A DNA stretch of 59,308 nucleotides, filler included, from Sphacelaria rigidula (GCA_964200075.2; 9 parts of 9 records of this genome joined end to end with filler, not necessarily neighbours in it); one strand, 5' to 3'; numbered from the whole stretch's first letter, positions 12,910 to 26,406 are shown. Translations and numbers: made by a program. The notes: a model not told the origin generated them from the letters alone.

Positions 12910-13759
12910 CTGTATGTTTGCCCGTTCATTTTGTTAAGCATGTTTGTTTGTTGGGGGCGGGGATTGATTGCTGTCACACCAATAATCCGAACAACGTTGG
13001 TTGTACATCAGGCCCACAGATATGCATCCCCCCCCTCCCCGCGCGCGCGCCAGAATGTTGGAGGTGTCTCTATTAGGAGTAGGAACGGTGCTCCGTCTCG
13101 AAAGNNNNNNNNNNNNNNNNNNNNNNNNNNNNNNNNNNNNNNNNNNNNTTAATTAATTAANNNNNNNNNNNNNNNNNNNNNNNNNNNNNNNNNNNNNNNN
13201 NNNNAGGCAAAAAACGAGAAGGTATACCTTTTCTAGGCCATTGCCCTTATTTTTTTGTTTCCGTAAAAAGAACACACACCCATTCATCAGGATCTACTAT
13301 ATCAATGCCGCACCCCAACTCTCTCATGTCGCTGAGACTGTGCTACATGACAACCAAAAGCCGTTGTTTTCTAGGTAACGACGCACGCACGCATAAACAA
13401 TAAAAAAACGGGCCAGACACGGATGTTAGGAAACTCCGACACCCGGCACACAAGATTCAAGATGTTGTTCGTCGAACAACGAAACAAAAGACAACTTCAA
13501 GCAGCACCCCATGATAAAGTATAGACATGACAAAGGCTCGCAGTACGAGGGCCCGAGGTGCGTAGTTCCGTACATTTCCCCTTCCCCCACAACGAAAAGT
13601 CTTCGGCTACGCTACAAAATCCTGCAGTCCATATGCAACCTCCAGTGTTGACGGATATTGTACTTACTGTACAGAGCATAGGAACATCATCGGTGCTTAC
13701 TCGTAGTTGTGCCATGCACTATCGTGGTGGCGACAGCTGGCTAGGCTACACTAATTACT

Positions 13760-14795
13760 CAAACTCACGCTCGACATGATGCGGCATTTCGGCATTCAAA
13801 GCATTGCCTCTGGTGAACCCGAAACAACTTCCGGCAATGACAACCCATGCGATTGGGACGAACAAAGGACTGGACGGATTGCGTGTCTCGGGCCAACAAG
13901 AAGGCGCGTAATCAATGTACTGTATGATCTTCGCTACGCCTAGTCATGGTGATATACGTGTTTGTCAGGAGAACAACAGCTTTAAAGGGAAAAGACCTTC
14001 TTCTTGTCGCCTCTAGGACCCCAAACGGGACTCAAAATGACCGATACGTCCACGTCCTGCTTTCTTATCCCTCGACCAAATACATCAAACAATCACCCAC
14101 CGAAGCAATAACTGACCTTCCGGGAAAATGTATTGCCAGCCTCAGTCACCGGCACAACATCGATTTTCAAAACTGACGATGAAGGGCAAATATGGGACAT
14201 GAAAAACAAACAGAGCCTCATCCAAGCTTCACCACCAGTCTACCTGCCCAACAGCCTCCTATTGTACACAACGTGGGACTTTGTGACGCAAGTCATCAAG
14301 CCTCCTATCCCCTACGAGAAATTCAGGACCCAAACAAAGGAGTACGCACCCCGTACACTACCATAGGGGACAGAGTGTACCATCCACCCGCCTACCCACC
14401 CACCCACGCGCCGTGAGTTTAAGATAATTTGTTCTCTAGCGAAGTAAGAGGCTCAATTTTCCTGACAGGTCCTGTTCTTCGCGAGATCCCATCATCCGTT
14501 CCGTTATGTAAAATTATCGACGATACATATTTCTGTGGTGCCGCCCCGAATCTGTCATAGACACCGGCGTGTCAAAAACTCAACCCCAGAGGGAGTGATA
14601 TACCCAGTGATCGACAGCAGCTATCTCAAGAGACAGCTTACAACACCTGGCAGCTGCTATCCTTACGAGAACAGGCCACATCCTACACATATTACGGCGA
14701 TCCTGTACATAGCCCACCCCCGCCCGTACCCCCCCCCAAACACAGCCCTGGCCAGTGGTGAAATGACATAAGGAAAGCACCAAATGGATATACCT
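13760..14795 (+). mobile_element. Probable 3' fragment of a decayed retroelement (ORF end plus 3' UTR)
   Basis: Frameshifted coding-like stretch ending ...FKTDDEGQIWDMKNKQSLIQASPPVYLP...PIPYEKFRTQTKEYAPRTLP* (14366), then a non-coding tail. No diagnostic catalytic motif in the window. Confidence 0.35.
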
Positions 14796-14802
14796 TCCCG
14801 CC

Positions 14803-14897
14803 CCCATGAGGCACTGTATGAGCCGTGGCTGTTTGTGGAAGTGGCATTACCAGAACATAAAACAACTCATTCGAGGCTGTCACCCAAATGCAGGATG
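14803..14897 (+). repeat. ~95-bp dispersed repeat (second copy 19608-19705)
   Basis: CCCATG(A/T)GGCA(C/G)TGTAT(G/A)AGCCGTGGCTGT..TGGAAGTGGC...CAACTCATT..AGGCTGTCA.CCAAATGCA is shared by both copies. Confidence 0.8.
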
Positions 14898-15559
14898 CAC
14901 AGCTCACACCTCATGAGACTCGCTGAACGTCACGGCGCTTTGCGCTTGGTGATTTGAGAGCGAGTTTGGTCCGGAGAAAACCCGGGCGCTACGTCCCGGC
15001 TTCGTAGGGATGCGAGATCAATGGTCTTATGACTACGGCATCCCCCCCCACCCATACACATAGCTTATGCCGAATGCGTGGAGCACTTCCGCACTCTAGC
15101 GAACTCATCGAAAGGAAGCACACGGATCAAGCACGAACTCCAAGACGAGACGATGGTATGGCCGCCCATCAGCAGTCACGCTCCCAAGCCCCACGGGCTA
15201 CACTTTGTCCGTATCCAGCCTTCCCGTTGTCTTTCGGGGGTATATTCTTGCCCCATGCGTTGACGGGTTGAGGGGCTGGTTCGCCGCCATCTTTTCCTCG
15301 CAACGCCTGTGACACGCAGCAACGGGGGTAGGGTTCAGCGCTTCGTGGACAAGTCAGACGAGACCTTGAGCTGTGTTCGGATTTCACATCGACAACCGCC
15401 GCACCCCGGTGGTCTGAAAAAACAAATGGTACATTTGCACCGAGTGATGGCGGAAGATTAAGGGTTCGGATCCCGGCGGACGCATTTGGTTTCTAGAGTA
15501 CTTGATTTTCCCTCGGAAACGTGAGTGCGTGTGGCCAACTCTAATGGGAGACGTTCAAA

Positions 15560-16345
15560 ATCCCCGTTGAGAACTGCCTTTTGGGCCCTTCTCCGTCGAT
15601 TTACGCCCGGAAAGAGGGATAGGTGAATGTTGACGCCTTGGAATGACTTGCTATACTCGTTGAGACCAGGGGCAACTTTGCATTCCCCGCTGGCCGCACT
15701 TTTGTTATTGGCCAAACCAGACCAAACACGGATTTTCAGTAAAAAACGGTCAGGTGATTGAACTTCGCCCCTGTTCCTTCATCTCTTCACCGTTCTCCAT
15801 TGAAAATACCACAGGCGCCGTAGGTAAGGTACCGTACTGAGCGTACCCCCGGTATTTTCCGGGGTATCCCATACCGTGGTATGCGTAGGTATCGTAGGTA
15901 TCACATATCAAAATACCGGATTGGGCCGGTACGGTAGGTATTGAAATCTCGAGATACCCTGGTATCGTAGGTATCGTAGGAATGAGTTTTGAAAATACCG
16001 GATTGGGCGGGTACGATAGGTATGACATTTGAAAATACCGGATTGGGCCGGTACGGTAGGTATTGAAATCTCGAAATACCCTGTTATCATAGATATCGTA
16101 GATATGACGTTTGAAAATACCGGATTGGGCGGGTACGGTAGGTATTGAAATCTCGAAATACCCTGGTATCGTAGGTATCGTAGGTATGAGTTTTGAAAAT
16201 ACCGGATTGGACCGGTATCGGTAGGGTATGACACGTCCCAAAAACCGGTACGGGGTACCTACCTTACCTACGGTGCCTGTGGAAAATACGTGTCTGGCCG
16301 AAACTGAAAGTGCAGACAAGGGGAAATGCAAAGTTGACGCGTTCC
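15560..16345. mobile_element. Degraded copy of the Harbinger-like foldback MITE, split by the 15810-16281 insertion
   Basis: 15567-15750 matches the left arm of 33711-34180 (CCTTCTCCGTCG..CGCCCG.AAAGAGGG.TAGG..ATGTTGAC.CCTTGGAATGACTTGCT). Right-arm-like sequence resumes after 16289. Confidence 0.7.
15810..16281. mobile_element. Non-autonomous DNA transposon with 8-bp TSD (P-element- or hAT-like) and internal tandem repeats
   Basis: TIR CACAGGCGCCGTAGGTAAGGTA ... TACCTTACCTACGGTGCCTGTG. Perfect flanking GAAAATAC at 15802-15809 and 16282-16289. Five internal AAAATACCGGATTGG-led repeats. Confidence 0.85.
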
Positions 16346-19300
16346 GAGGAAAGGGGGGGTTTTAAGTGAGTCAAAACGAGAACGAAAAAAACTGTACCAA
16401 GGGAGGGAGAGATGGGGTGACTCCTCCACACAACGGACTCGTCCCGAAAGTAAGGAGGGGTTGAATATGTGACGGGCAAAAAAAAAACGACTGCATAGAA
16501 GATGCGTACATTTGGCAAAAGAATTGGAATTCTTATCGGAAAAAGGAAGGACACACTCATGATCATGCATGCGGTAGCCATAAGACCATTGCCCTCGTAT
16601 CCCTACAAAGCCGGGGCGGAGCACGTCGGGTTTTCGTGGGGCCAGGCTCGTAGTCACCAAGCACAAAGCACCCTGATTTGTGCGGCGAGCTGCATGAAGG
16701 ATGAGCTACATTGTAGCACGATTGTTCGGGAAGATTGCAGTAGGGTGCACCTGAATCGGGCAAGTTCTGGCTGGAAGCATTTCAGTTAGGTTTTTCGATC
16801 ACCATCATTCGCCACGGTGACTATTTAATTTCTGATTTCGGGGATCGAGATATATATATATGAACGTGTACGCAACAAATCTCGAGAGGGAAATCATTTC
16901 TACGATCAATATTGAACAACTGAGGGGCTGACCGGTCATCCGGGGTCCTCCTACGAGTGTACAGCAGCAGATTTTCGCTCCTTGATATTCCCGCTCAACC
17001 GAGCCGATCTCAGTTGTTACAGTCAACACTTTTAGGGTCCAGTTTTTCGATTTCACCACCTCTTGATTGCGCTACGGCCAAGAAACCGTGTTTTTCGAGC
17101 AAGTGCGGTCAACACTCTCTCGACGAACGAGGTTATTGTCCGTATCATTCCGACAACACAAACTTGCTGTTGTGTCCTGAACACGACCTGCTTCTTTCAC
17201 CAGTATCCACCGACTCGAGGACTGTCGAGCGGTGATGAATACTAGTCTGCGGGGGAAAAAAAAAGGATGGAACGTCTTCCTAACTCAGCTGAACGCTACT
17301 GTACGCCGGCCAAGCTGCAATTTTGACAACATTATCAACAGTAGTACCCAGTGGTGGAGCCGAGTCTCATCATTCACCAGAGTAATCAAACCGCCGCGCT
17401 TTGGAGGATGTTCTGTGGTAATAGTACAACCCGCGGTTCGCAACATCTTTGTCCCAAGCCTACTACACCACCATCTCCTGCTAGTGTCTCACGCCAACGA
17501 GAACCACATCAAGAGCAGACATGCCTCACAACCTAGCATCAGGTGATCATTTCCTTGTGGACGATAACAAAAAAGTACGACAGTAAAAAATGCACCAATT
17601 CCTTGGCCTTAGTCCGGCTTGTACTTTTTGGCCATGCCCCCACCTGCAACCCTTCAACAAACCAACAACATGCCGACAGGGAACGGCAGTGGCGACAGCG
17701 AGCACGCAACGAATGAGAGGCACGGCAACAACAAAATCCATCACTGCAGCGTACCCCCTACAGCCACAGCAGGCAGCAGCATGGTCGTCGCACAAGATAG
17801 CAGTAGCTACCGTGCACAGAAAAGCTGGAGTTTGCAGCAGTTGTCCGCATTTCATACGTTCAGCGCATGGATTCGACTGTCACATGATTCTGCGGATGGA
17901 CGCACCTGTCGTTGCCCCGTGTTTTCTTCCAACTCAATATCCTCTCCCCAAGACACGTCGCAATTACTCCAGGAACGTGCTGGGAGTCACGTATACCAGT
18001 GACACCTCTGCACGAAGATGGACATAGACAAGTCTGTGCTGTGCGATGCTGCGCTGTGCCGCATTGTACTGCTGTACTGTGAATGATGTATGTGGGATAC
18101 GAGCTGCAACTGGCTGCACACCATCTTTGCGTAAGCGATTGATCCCGACGATGTGCGTCGTCCTCCCCACAAAACGATCGGCCATGAAAAAGTGCGCTTT
18201 TGATTGTTTGGTACCGTATGATGTACTACAACTACCAGGCATAAAAATCATCTGATCCGCTTCTGGTCGTTTCATAGCGGCTAAGGTAGTGTGCGACCAT
18301 CAACTAACCAACCAAACAGAGTGAAAATCACAGAGGTCATTATCGTGGGTAGTGCTCGCAAATAGAGAGGAGCTCGTCAGCCATGGTAAATGGGTTGGCT
18401 AAAAACGTTAATAGACCAGTCTGCGATATTGTTCCATAATGAGGTCTGATGCTCAAGGGGTCGCCATCCCTCTTCTCTGGGACGAGATTGTAGTGTAAAC
18501 CCTGTGACCACCACGAAGGGGGATAATCTGCTGGACCCGCACCATGTCACTTTCAAAATGAGTGCGAGGCCCATGACACCCCAACCTGACGGTCAAGGAG
18601 CTAGTAGACCAAGCACCCGCACATATCTCGTCCGGTGCTTGCCTTGCACTTTGTGACGGAGACTTGGATCACCAGTCCCGCGATCCCGTGGTCGACTCCA
18701 GTACACTGTACCCGCTTCTGAGCCTCATATCTATGGTCAGAGCATGGTTGATGTCGTGGAGCCTCATATCCATCTTCAGAGCATGGTTGATGTTAATGAC
18801 GTTGAACACAATATTCGGATGTTTAGTGGGGTTGACAGTCCCGAGTGCTCCGAGAGTCCACACACGCGTTCTTGTCCAAATAGCCGCCACAGGTGCCTAT
18901 TTCAGGCCTGACAACGAACACTTTTCCTAGGGCACCCTTTGAACCTCCCCAGCCCAAGAGTTTTCGATGTGCCTTGGTTGGGGTTATGATTAGAGTGAAT
19001 AACAGCGTTTTTCCAAAAAAATGGAAACTATGGACTTGGGGGGTTGCGAACTGGGCAAAACCCACCTCGTCGGCCCTATGCTTATTTTGGCCCTCGCTCT
19101 TGACCCCTTCCACTTTTCATGTAATTTGGACGACGGACCCGGATACCATAAACACACCCCTCACGGTCTGGGATAGAACCACCAAGCTATAGCCCGAGGA
19201 AAAACTTCTCGGTAACCAGTTTCACCACGGGGGGGGCGGTGGGAACGACGACGCGACTATTTCAACGAGGCAAAAGCCAACAGCGTCGATACAATGTCTG

Positions 19301-19819
19301 AATAAAATCAGACAAGATAACTAGTTCACCCTACACATGTTTTCTGACGCATCATGTACACGGTCTCAGCAACCATCTCTCGGTGCCTGCCTTTCGTTGA
19401 ACCCTTTCGAGGACACAGGCCGAACCACTTTTGGTCACTCGAAGCTGAGAGCTACTTCAGGCATTCAGTCGCCCAGCATAACGCAGTATTAACCGAACCA
19501 CGCCATTCGATACTCCCCTCTATTGATATATACTTGTTGTCAGTTGTTTTACTGCCTCTCCCCCCCCCCCCCTCCCCTCCCCCCCTTTCGGCGTTCCTGG
19601 TTATACACCCATGTGGCAGTGTATAAGCCGTGGCTGTCTCTGGAAGTGGCGATACCAAATAATAAAGCAACTCATTGTAGGCTGTCATCCAAATGCAAGA
19701 TTTTCNNNNNNNNNNNNNNNNNNNNNNNNNNNNNNNNNNNNNNNNNNNNTTAATTAATTAANNNNNNNNNNNNNNNNNNNNNNNNNNNNNNNNNNNNNNN
19801 NNNNNATCACGAGTCAACT

Positions 19820-19948
19820 TAGTATACTAAAACCAAGTAATTTCCAGACGAATCATTATTTGTCCTAACCGTGGAAGATTTGCGCATTTGTGCGAGGATG
19901 TGAGCTTGAAACGTGCAAACTCGTGACTACTTGGTTTTAGTACGATAT
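19820..19948. mobile_element. Small MITE-like inverted repeat
   Basis: TACTAAAACCAAGTA ... TACTTGGTTTTAGTA, a perfect 15-bp inverted pair ~105 bp apart. Confidence 0.5.
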
Positions 19949-20289
19949 CGTCTTTTTTGGGTGAATTTGACGTCAAGGCGAGAAAAACGGTATGAGATTT
20001 GCGAGTTTCTCCACCAAACTTTGTACATGTGTTCCTTGGACTATCCCGGGACGCATCGTGTTATTTCTTCTTCTTTTGAGTCATTCTGTACCGGCTTCCG
20101 GGGGTCTTCGTCCTGGAACCGCCGGAAGCCGGTAGAGACGGGGAAACTTTGAAATATTGCCAATAATACAATTTTTCTACATGGAGCATCAATACCTACG
20201 GGACTGCCAAGTTTGAGGATGATCTGAGCTTTTCCACAAGGGAAACCGTCACGAGGCTCCCTGGTCTTTCGTACGTATCATGAGGGGAA

Positions 20290-20670
20290 ATCAGACGACG
20301 CCAAAACTCCATATCACCGAGACATTACGGTTTCGGGGGTTGGAACCATTTTCAAATTTGTTCCTGCCATTAGATTCCTGAGGTGATGGCGGTCACTACG
20401 ATTTGAAGCATGTGGAGATTCGATAGAAATTGGGCTTAGAATTCGTGTTTTCAATTTCAGAACAATTTGAAAGGCGCTGATTGGTCGAGACACATTTTAA
20501 TCCATAGTGCCACCGCTATAGCCTTGAAAAAATTTCCGGCTATGTCACCCTCTTCGTCCGTCCGTTTATTGTGGTCAGGATGATACTATGTATGCGATTA
20601 TTGGGTGCGTATTGCCGAAGGCATTTGCTGATGACAGAATTCTGGGTCTTTATCGTGAACCAGCCTGTAG
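20290..20670 (+). repeat. Dispersed repeat family (diverged copy at ~50870-51248)
   Basis: Collinear matches including ACGGTTTCGGG, CGATTTG.AG.ATGTGGAGAT, GGCGC.GATTGGTCGA, AGGCATTTGCTGATGACA and CGTGAACCAGCCT.TAG. Confidence 0.75.
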
Positions 20671-21142
20671 CAAATAAAAATACACAATATTAATCAACAA
20701 TAAGGCTCAAAACGAAAGTTGCAACGAAATAAAACTAGATATAGATACATGTACATATGGAAATATTGTTTTCGCCGTACTTTTGACTCCTCTCCTTCCT
20801 TGTGACAAGTCCAATTTCTCGAAGGATCAGTCACTGTCTCTCCCTCAACACACCTCTTCACACCTCTACACACCTTTTTACACCGTGAACTTCAGGTATC
20901 ATGGATTGAATCATGACTATCAGCACTCTCGCACCGCCTCGCCTCCCCTCAAATAGTTACTATTTCTTCTTTGCTTCTCGTGTCTTCGCGTTTCCATTCA
21001 ACGACGGAAATCAGGTTATGCTCGCCACAACAACAAACACTCGAATCTTCGGGGCTCCGAACCACCAATCTTGCGCCCGAACTGATTTCATTTGTGCCAT
21101 TCTTGTGTCATGATTCAGACCACCGGGGCGCCGCGGCTGTGA

Positions 21143-21182
21143 TGTGACGTGTGACGTGTGACGTGTGACGTGTGACGTGTGA
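21143..21182. repeat. (GTGTGAC)n 7-bp tandem repeat
   Basis: About five tandem units. Confidence 0.9.
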
Positions 21183-21550
21183 TTTCCTGGTAGGGGCCAC
21201 AGTGACAGGCCAAATATCACACGGTTTCGCGCTCTTTGAAGCTCGACTTAGTATTGCAGATGACGTTGCGACACGCCAGAAACACTCAAGCCCATTTTTA
21301 CTGACCCTGCGTCATGATAAGGGACCGTCTTGTATCGAGCCCGCTCCGAGAACATATGATTCCTTTGTATGTTCCATTATGCAACCGGAACGACAGTGGT
21401 ATGGCGTTTATGTCGGATGTCAAGTGCCAACGCGGTGTTTTTAGGTGTTGCAGGAGATACGAAGAGCTAGAACAAGAAGTCATGGTTCTGGTCCTCTGAT
21501 ATGTTTCATGTCTTGGTTGACTGGAATTGCCGTTCGTTTCTCTAGATGCA

Positions 21551-21770
21551 GGTGTGTGTTGTCATCCCATATATTTTAGACGCCAGTCTAGACCATCCAG
21601 TACATGTGGGTGCATCAGCCGGGGTCACATACGAGGGAGGTCAACACAGGAGCGTTGCATGTTGTAAATTGTTCAAGTACTCCACCTTTCTTTTGGCGTG
21701 CTTGCCTTACTTTTTATCGCGAGAAAAGGCAAGCGGTCCGCTTCCCTCGTCGACCGTGAAGTCGACCTCA
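21551..21770 (-). mobile_element. 5'-truncated copy of the tRNA-derived SINE
   Basis: Matches 7670-7880 (GTTGTCATCCCAT..GACGCC.GTCTA..CAGCCGGGGTCACA..GGAGGTC..CACAGGAG..TACTCCACCTT..GTGCTTGCCTT). The tRNA-like head is missing. Confidence 0.75.
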
Positions 21771-22018
21771 GACAGGGGGAGCGATTTTCTGGTGAATCAA
21801 TGGTTCCGTTGTACATACATATATGCGCACACACATCGTTTTCCCCGTGGTGTGTCTCAACACAGCTGAAACAAGAAATACTGAGCTCGCCAGGAGCAGA
21901 TCATCAAGCCCCCGAGTCGGACCTACTCAAACCTGTGGAGCAACTGATCGTCGACGCTCAGGTAAAAATCGGAAAAATCGGTAAATAGTAGTGTTTTATC
22001 TGCTTGGAGCATTATCTC

Positions 22019-22274
22019 GAGGGATGCTGCAGTAGGGGTGCGCAAATATTTTCTGAGGTTGGAATTTTTTGAAGCCCTTCATCTCATGCCAAACACAACT
22101 TATGAAATATGTGGGAGTACGGCAGGATAACTAGTCGAATGTGGTAGGGATGTCCCGAATAAATTTGCAAAAGGGGGTGCCCTGACCCATATTCTTGTGC
22201 ATCTAGAATCGTCAGGATCCCCTGAGACAGACAAGATTTCGCGCAAAAAGTGCACCCCTACCGTAGCATTGCTC
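22019..22274. mobile_element. ~255-bp MITE, GAG-TIR family subfamily B (second copy 43887-44141)
   Basis: TIR GAG.GATGCT.C.GTAGGGGTGC ... GTGCACCCCTACCGTAGCATTGCTC. Interior collinear with 43887-44141 (CCCATATTCTTGTGC.TCTAGAATC, CCCCTGA). Confidence 0.8.
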
Positions 22275-23198
22275 TCTTGTCCGTTGTTTGGTCGCATTTC
22301 ATGTTGTCCATGGTTGGTAATCACTGTCCGTGTGTAGATCAACATCCGAGTGTACGTCGTGTAGGATTGCTAGGTATTATTGTGGGGTTTGAGGGTGGAG
22401 GTTGTTCGCGTTCTTTCCGGGAAGATTGAGCATATAATGGTACATGCTGTGGACGGTGGGTGCATGGTGCGTTATCCGATAGATATAGTTTGACAAGGCT
22501 TGTTCTTTGTTCATTTTGGAAAACTCAACCCGGCATGCATACAGCTGTTTTGTCAAGTTTTGATGCACTACTACACGCTGACCAAAGTCGAGGTTGAACC
22601 TTGATACTCTCTGGAAACTGAAGCCTCATTCCGTGTCAGACCATAGTGTGGAAGTCGTGAGACTCCCGGTGACGGTAGAAACCGTCGAAGGTGGCCGATG
22701 ATTTCCCTCGGGTTATGCAGTCAAGGATTGACATTAAGTCGTGGGGTTGAGGCAAAGTGGATCACTCGGGAAAGCTCGACGAGCGCGAGCGAGTCAGCCC
22801 GATGACGAAGTATAAAAGTCCAAGTCAAGAGTGATCCCCAGGGATAGCCAGCAGTTCGCTGGAAAGATCCCTGTTACCTTAGGGTCCCAGATCTGGCTGT
22901 ACAGATATGGGAGTTTCGGGGCTCTCGCGAACTTGCCCCTGTAACAGCCGTTCAATAGGTTCCACGTCATAAAAAGAAACCTCTCCGCACATGCCCAAAT
23001 GGCGATCTCCACAATACCGTCCATGCTGATTGTGAGTGATCTCGAAGTAATGGTGACTGATGTGCCCGTCACACGGCGTGGTGATTGGAGCTGCTGACTG
23101 CTGATTGGCCACTTCTGTCGCTGCACCGCTCCACACTCGGTGCATAGCTGTTCAGAAAGCGCGAGGAAGATCCTGTGCATGAAATAAAAACTAAACCT

Positions 23199-23430
23199 TT
23201 GAAGGTGGCCAGAGTGGGGTACGTACTCTCCGGGACCCGGGATTTATCAGGCCATTTGGAGTAAATAAACGTTCGGGCTACGCAGGGTGTCCACTGCCGA
23301 AAACCGTCAGTGGTCCAGCGTACGCAGGGGTCTACTGCCGGCAATACCCGGTATTCGTCCAGAGTAGCCAGAATAGCAACTGAAAATCGGGGGTACCCGG
23401 CGGTGTACCCTTTTCTGACCAATTTCGAAA
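23199..23430. mobile_element. Degenerate MITE-like element
   Basis: TTGAAGGTGGCCAGAGTGGGGTAC is loosely inverted with GTACCCTTTTCTGACCAATTTCGAA. Confidence 0.4.
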
Positions 23431-24599
23431 TCTTTGAATTCATAGCAGCGCACCCTTCATCATCCCTTGAGGGAACCGATTGTCCAAAATACCCGCACAG
23501 TCTGTCGGGAGCTCTGTATCGCTGATGCGCGTTTGCGTGGCTTGCCGATTATTTGAGGAGCAAACAAGTGGTGGGTCGCTCAACCTCCATGGAGCGAAAA
23601 AGCAATGCACGGGCTTTACAGTTGTAGTGCCTGAATCATGCTCACAAGTACCAGTTACTGAGGGTTGACGGATATGGTGGGGTTCAATTGCTACTGGTTC
23701 CAAAGAGCACTGGATCAGCATTTTTGCACCCTGTCAGCTCGTTAATTCTTTTGGGACTGACCCCTCACCGACACGGGGTTGACCATGTGTTGGTGAAATA
23801 TTAAAAAATAAGTCAGGGAGCGACCTTCCCAATCACGGCAAGGCGAAAGTTATCGACCAGACCCGAACGACCAGTGCCGGGACTGTTACCTAGTGTGATG
23901 CCACTGCAAAGATCGTGTGGGGGCCCTATCCCTGGCCCAGATAAGCCTTCCCAGGTATGCGAATCCCGGATGCTCGAAGCATGGCTTTTCGTGTCACTTG
24001 CATTCAGTGTAGCGTTCCCAGGATTTCCCGGAAGTTTTTTTGGGTCGCCAACCTATACTAAAACTTAGTAATTACACTAACACAGGGTGGAGGGGGACAA
24101 CTGGGTAGGAGTGTACATGCCGCAATGTGATCATTTTCACGAGGCACTAAACCCAGGTGGGCGGTGGAAAGACAAAAATAGCTATCGTCGTGAATTTTGC
24201 CTGTCCCTCTGCCGATGCATTTCAGTGTGCAGTAAACACGTATGTAGGGGGCGTGCACGAACAAGCCATGTATAGGCAGCTGATCTCTGTAGCTGAGAAC
24301 TGCGCAGAACGTGCAAGGGAGTATGCAGCGGCAGCTGCTGCTTCAGTCGGAGAGGCATACTGCACTGTACTGTACTGTATGTATGTGCGCCGCAACGCTC
24401 ATACCCTTCGAAGAGAATTTGCCGCATGCAACAAGGAGGGAAATCGCAGCCCACCCCGACCGCAAAGGGCTGTGTGGCGAGGTGATGGGGACAAAAATGT
24501 CACCCGAAGCTACAAGTTGCGGGCGGCCTGCCGGTCGCCGCATCCTGTTGAAAGCTCTCTACGGCGACCCATACTGCTTGCTACATCAGATGTACATTA

Positions 24600-24775
24600 C
24601 CTAATGCGCACCCTGCACCTGAAAATGGATTGGATGAAACTTTCGGTCTTCCTGATGACCCTGCGGTTACATACGCGGATTTTCAGCGACATGAAGCCAC
24701 TGTTTCGTGCAGACGCCAGACATGTCATTCCCAACCATCCTCATTGGTCGTTCTGGAGGCCTGGTCCCAAAGGGG
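24600..24775. mobile_element. piggyBac-like transposon end
   Basis: Ends ...GTCCCAAAGGGG|TTAA (TTAA 24776-24779). About 170 bp is the reverse complement of 26110-26275. Confidence 0.7.
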
Positions 24776-26109
24776 TTAATCTTACCGTACGAGTATTCTC
24801 GAGCGATTAACCCATCTCTCCGACCATGCTCCTCATTACGGAGAATCGATTGAACTGGCACCCCTGCAGCCCGTCAAGCTTCATCAGAATATATTTCTAA
24901 CTTCCATTGGCTTTTGGTCGATGAGAACCAGGAAGAAGCTGCTGAATGTGTGCGTCGTTTCAGAATATTGTTCAAACTGGACCGTTTGACGTGACACGGG
25001 GCGAAACACGTGGTAACAAGGGAAAGCTAGCTAGCTATTATAGCTTCCTTCGCCAACAGTCAACAGTCAGGCAGCAAGCATAGGTGGTTGTGCATTGCGT
25101 CACGTACTGTCTCTGAACGGCAGTCACTGCCAAGGCGATTTCTCTTCCATGCAGCCATGCAGCACCGACAACCAAAAACAACAAACAACACATGCAACAC
25201 AATGATCAAAACTCCAAACAATCAACAAAATGAAAAATAAGCTTATCGAAGGGCTTTCATCGTTTTCGTGTTTTCTCAGGGCTGTGAGTTGTCGGCTCTG
25301 GTCAGTTGCGTTTGAACTGGCTGCGCCAGCGACCAGTCGAAATCGATGTTCTCCCAGTCAATCAGTAATCGCCGATTAATTGGAAATAATCGACGTCGAG
25401 CGGCGAATCCGCGAGCCCCAATCCCCCCCCCCCTCCCTCCCCACCCGGGTGGTGGGTATTTATTAATGACCTGATGGTGGCAGTGAAAGCAGCAAAGCAA
25501 GGACTTAGGTGGCGGAAAAGATGGTATTACCGGTCATGTGTTCAGATTCATTGTTGTCCGACCGCAAATGGCTCAAACGTCGGATAACACCCCCCCCCGT
25601 TTCCGCTTAGAATGTTCAACCATGGGATGCATTGGTTTCATCCTCGGGAAAGGCGATGGGGGCAGAAGAGGGTCATATGGGAATAACATGTGGTGAATAC
25701 GTTCTGACGATGCCCCCCGCGCGTTCGGGACCATCGCTATGGTGTGTAAATTCCTGTTTAACTGGCTAGCACGGTAGATATCACCCCCATTGTGTCTAGA
25801 GAGGGGATAGAGAGACTTCATACTCCCCGGGTGGGAAGATATCGGGGGGCGGGGATAAAAGCTGTATTGTGTGCACGTTTTGTTAATGTATTCGTGTGTT
25901 GAGATGCGTCGCCATTCTTGTCAAGCCAAAAACGAATATGCCACCCAGGTTACGATTGATTTTGTTTTTTTTGAGGGGGGGGGGGGCGTACTCATTTGTT
26001 GCTTGCCTTAGTCGTTTGACCATTGACCACGCATCCCTTCCGAGACGGAGCATTTGTTCTGGGGAGGGGCGTACTCATTTGTTGCTCACCTTGTTCGTTT
26101 GACCATTAA

Positions 26110-26306
26110 CCCTTTTGGGACTGGGCCTCCAGAACGACCAACGAGGCTGGTTAGGAATGACGTGTCCTGCATATGCATGAAACAGTGGCTTCATGTTGCT
26201 GAAAATCAACGAATGTATGTAACCGCAGGCTTAGATGAAGACCGAAAGTTTCATCCAACGTATTTTCAGGTACAAACTGTCTGTGCTATAATTCGGGTGT
26301 TGTGCG
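26110..26306. mobile_element. piggyBac-like transposon end, nested in a poly(C)-family repeat and running into the contig end
   Basis: TTAA|CCCTTTTGGGAC (TTAA 26106-26109). It interrupts the poly(C)-family repeat where the consensus reads GACCATTGACC. Confidence 0.7.
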
Positions 26307-26406
26307 NNNNNNNNNNNNNNNNNNNNNNNNNNNNNNNNNNNNNNNNNNNNTTAATTAATTAANNNNNNNNNNNNNNNNNNNNNNNNNNNNNNNNNNNNNN
26401 NNNNNN

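Noticed and set aside
15750..16331. 193-aa repeat-protein ORF
   Set aside because: It is a translation of the internal tandem repeats of a TIR/TSD-bounded non-autonomous element.
18600..19200. Retroelement ORF remnant with a 39-bp tandem duplication (similar remnants suspected at 22300-23190 and 33230-33650)
   Set aside because: Coding-like, but no diagnostic motif survives, so no family can be assigned.
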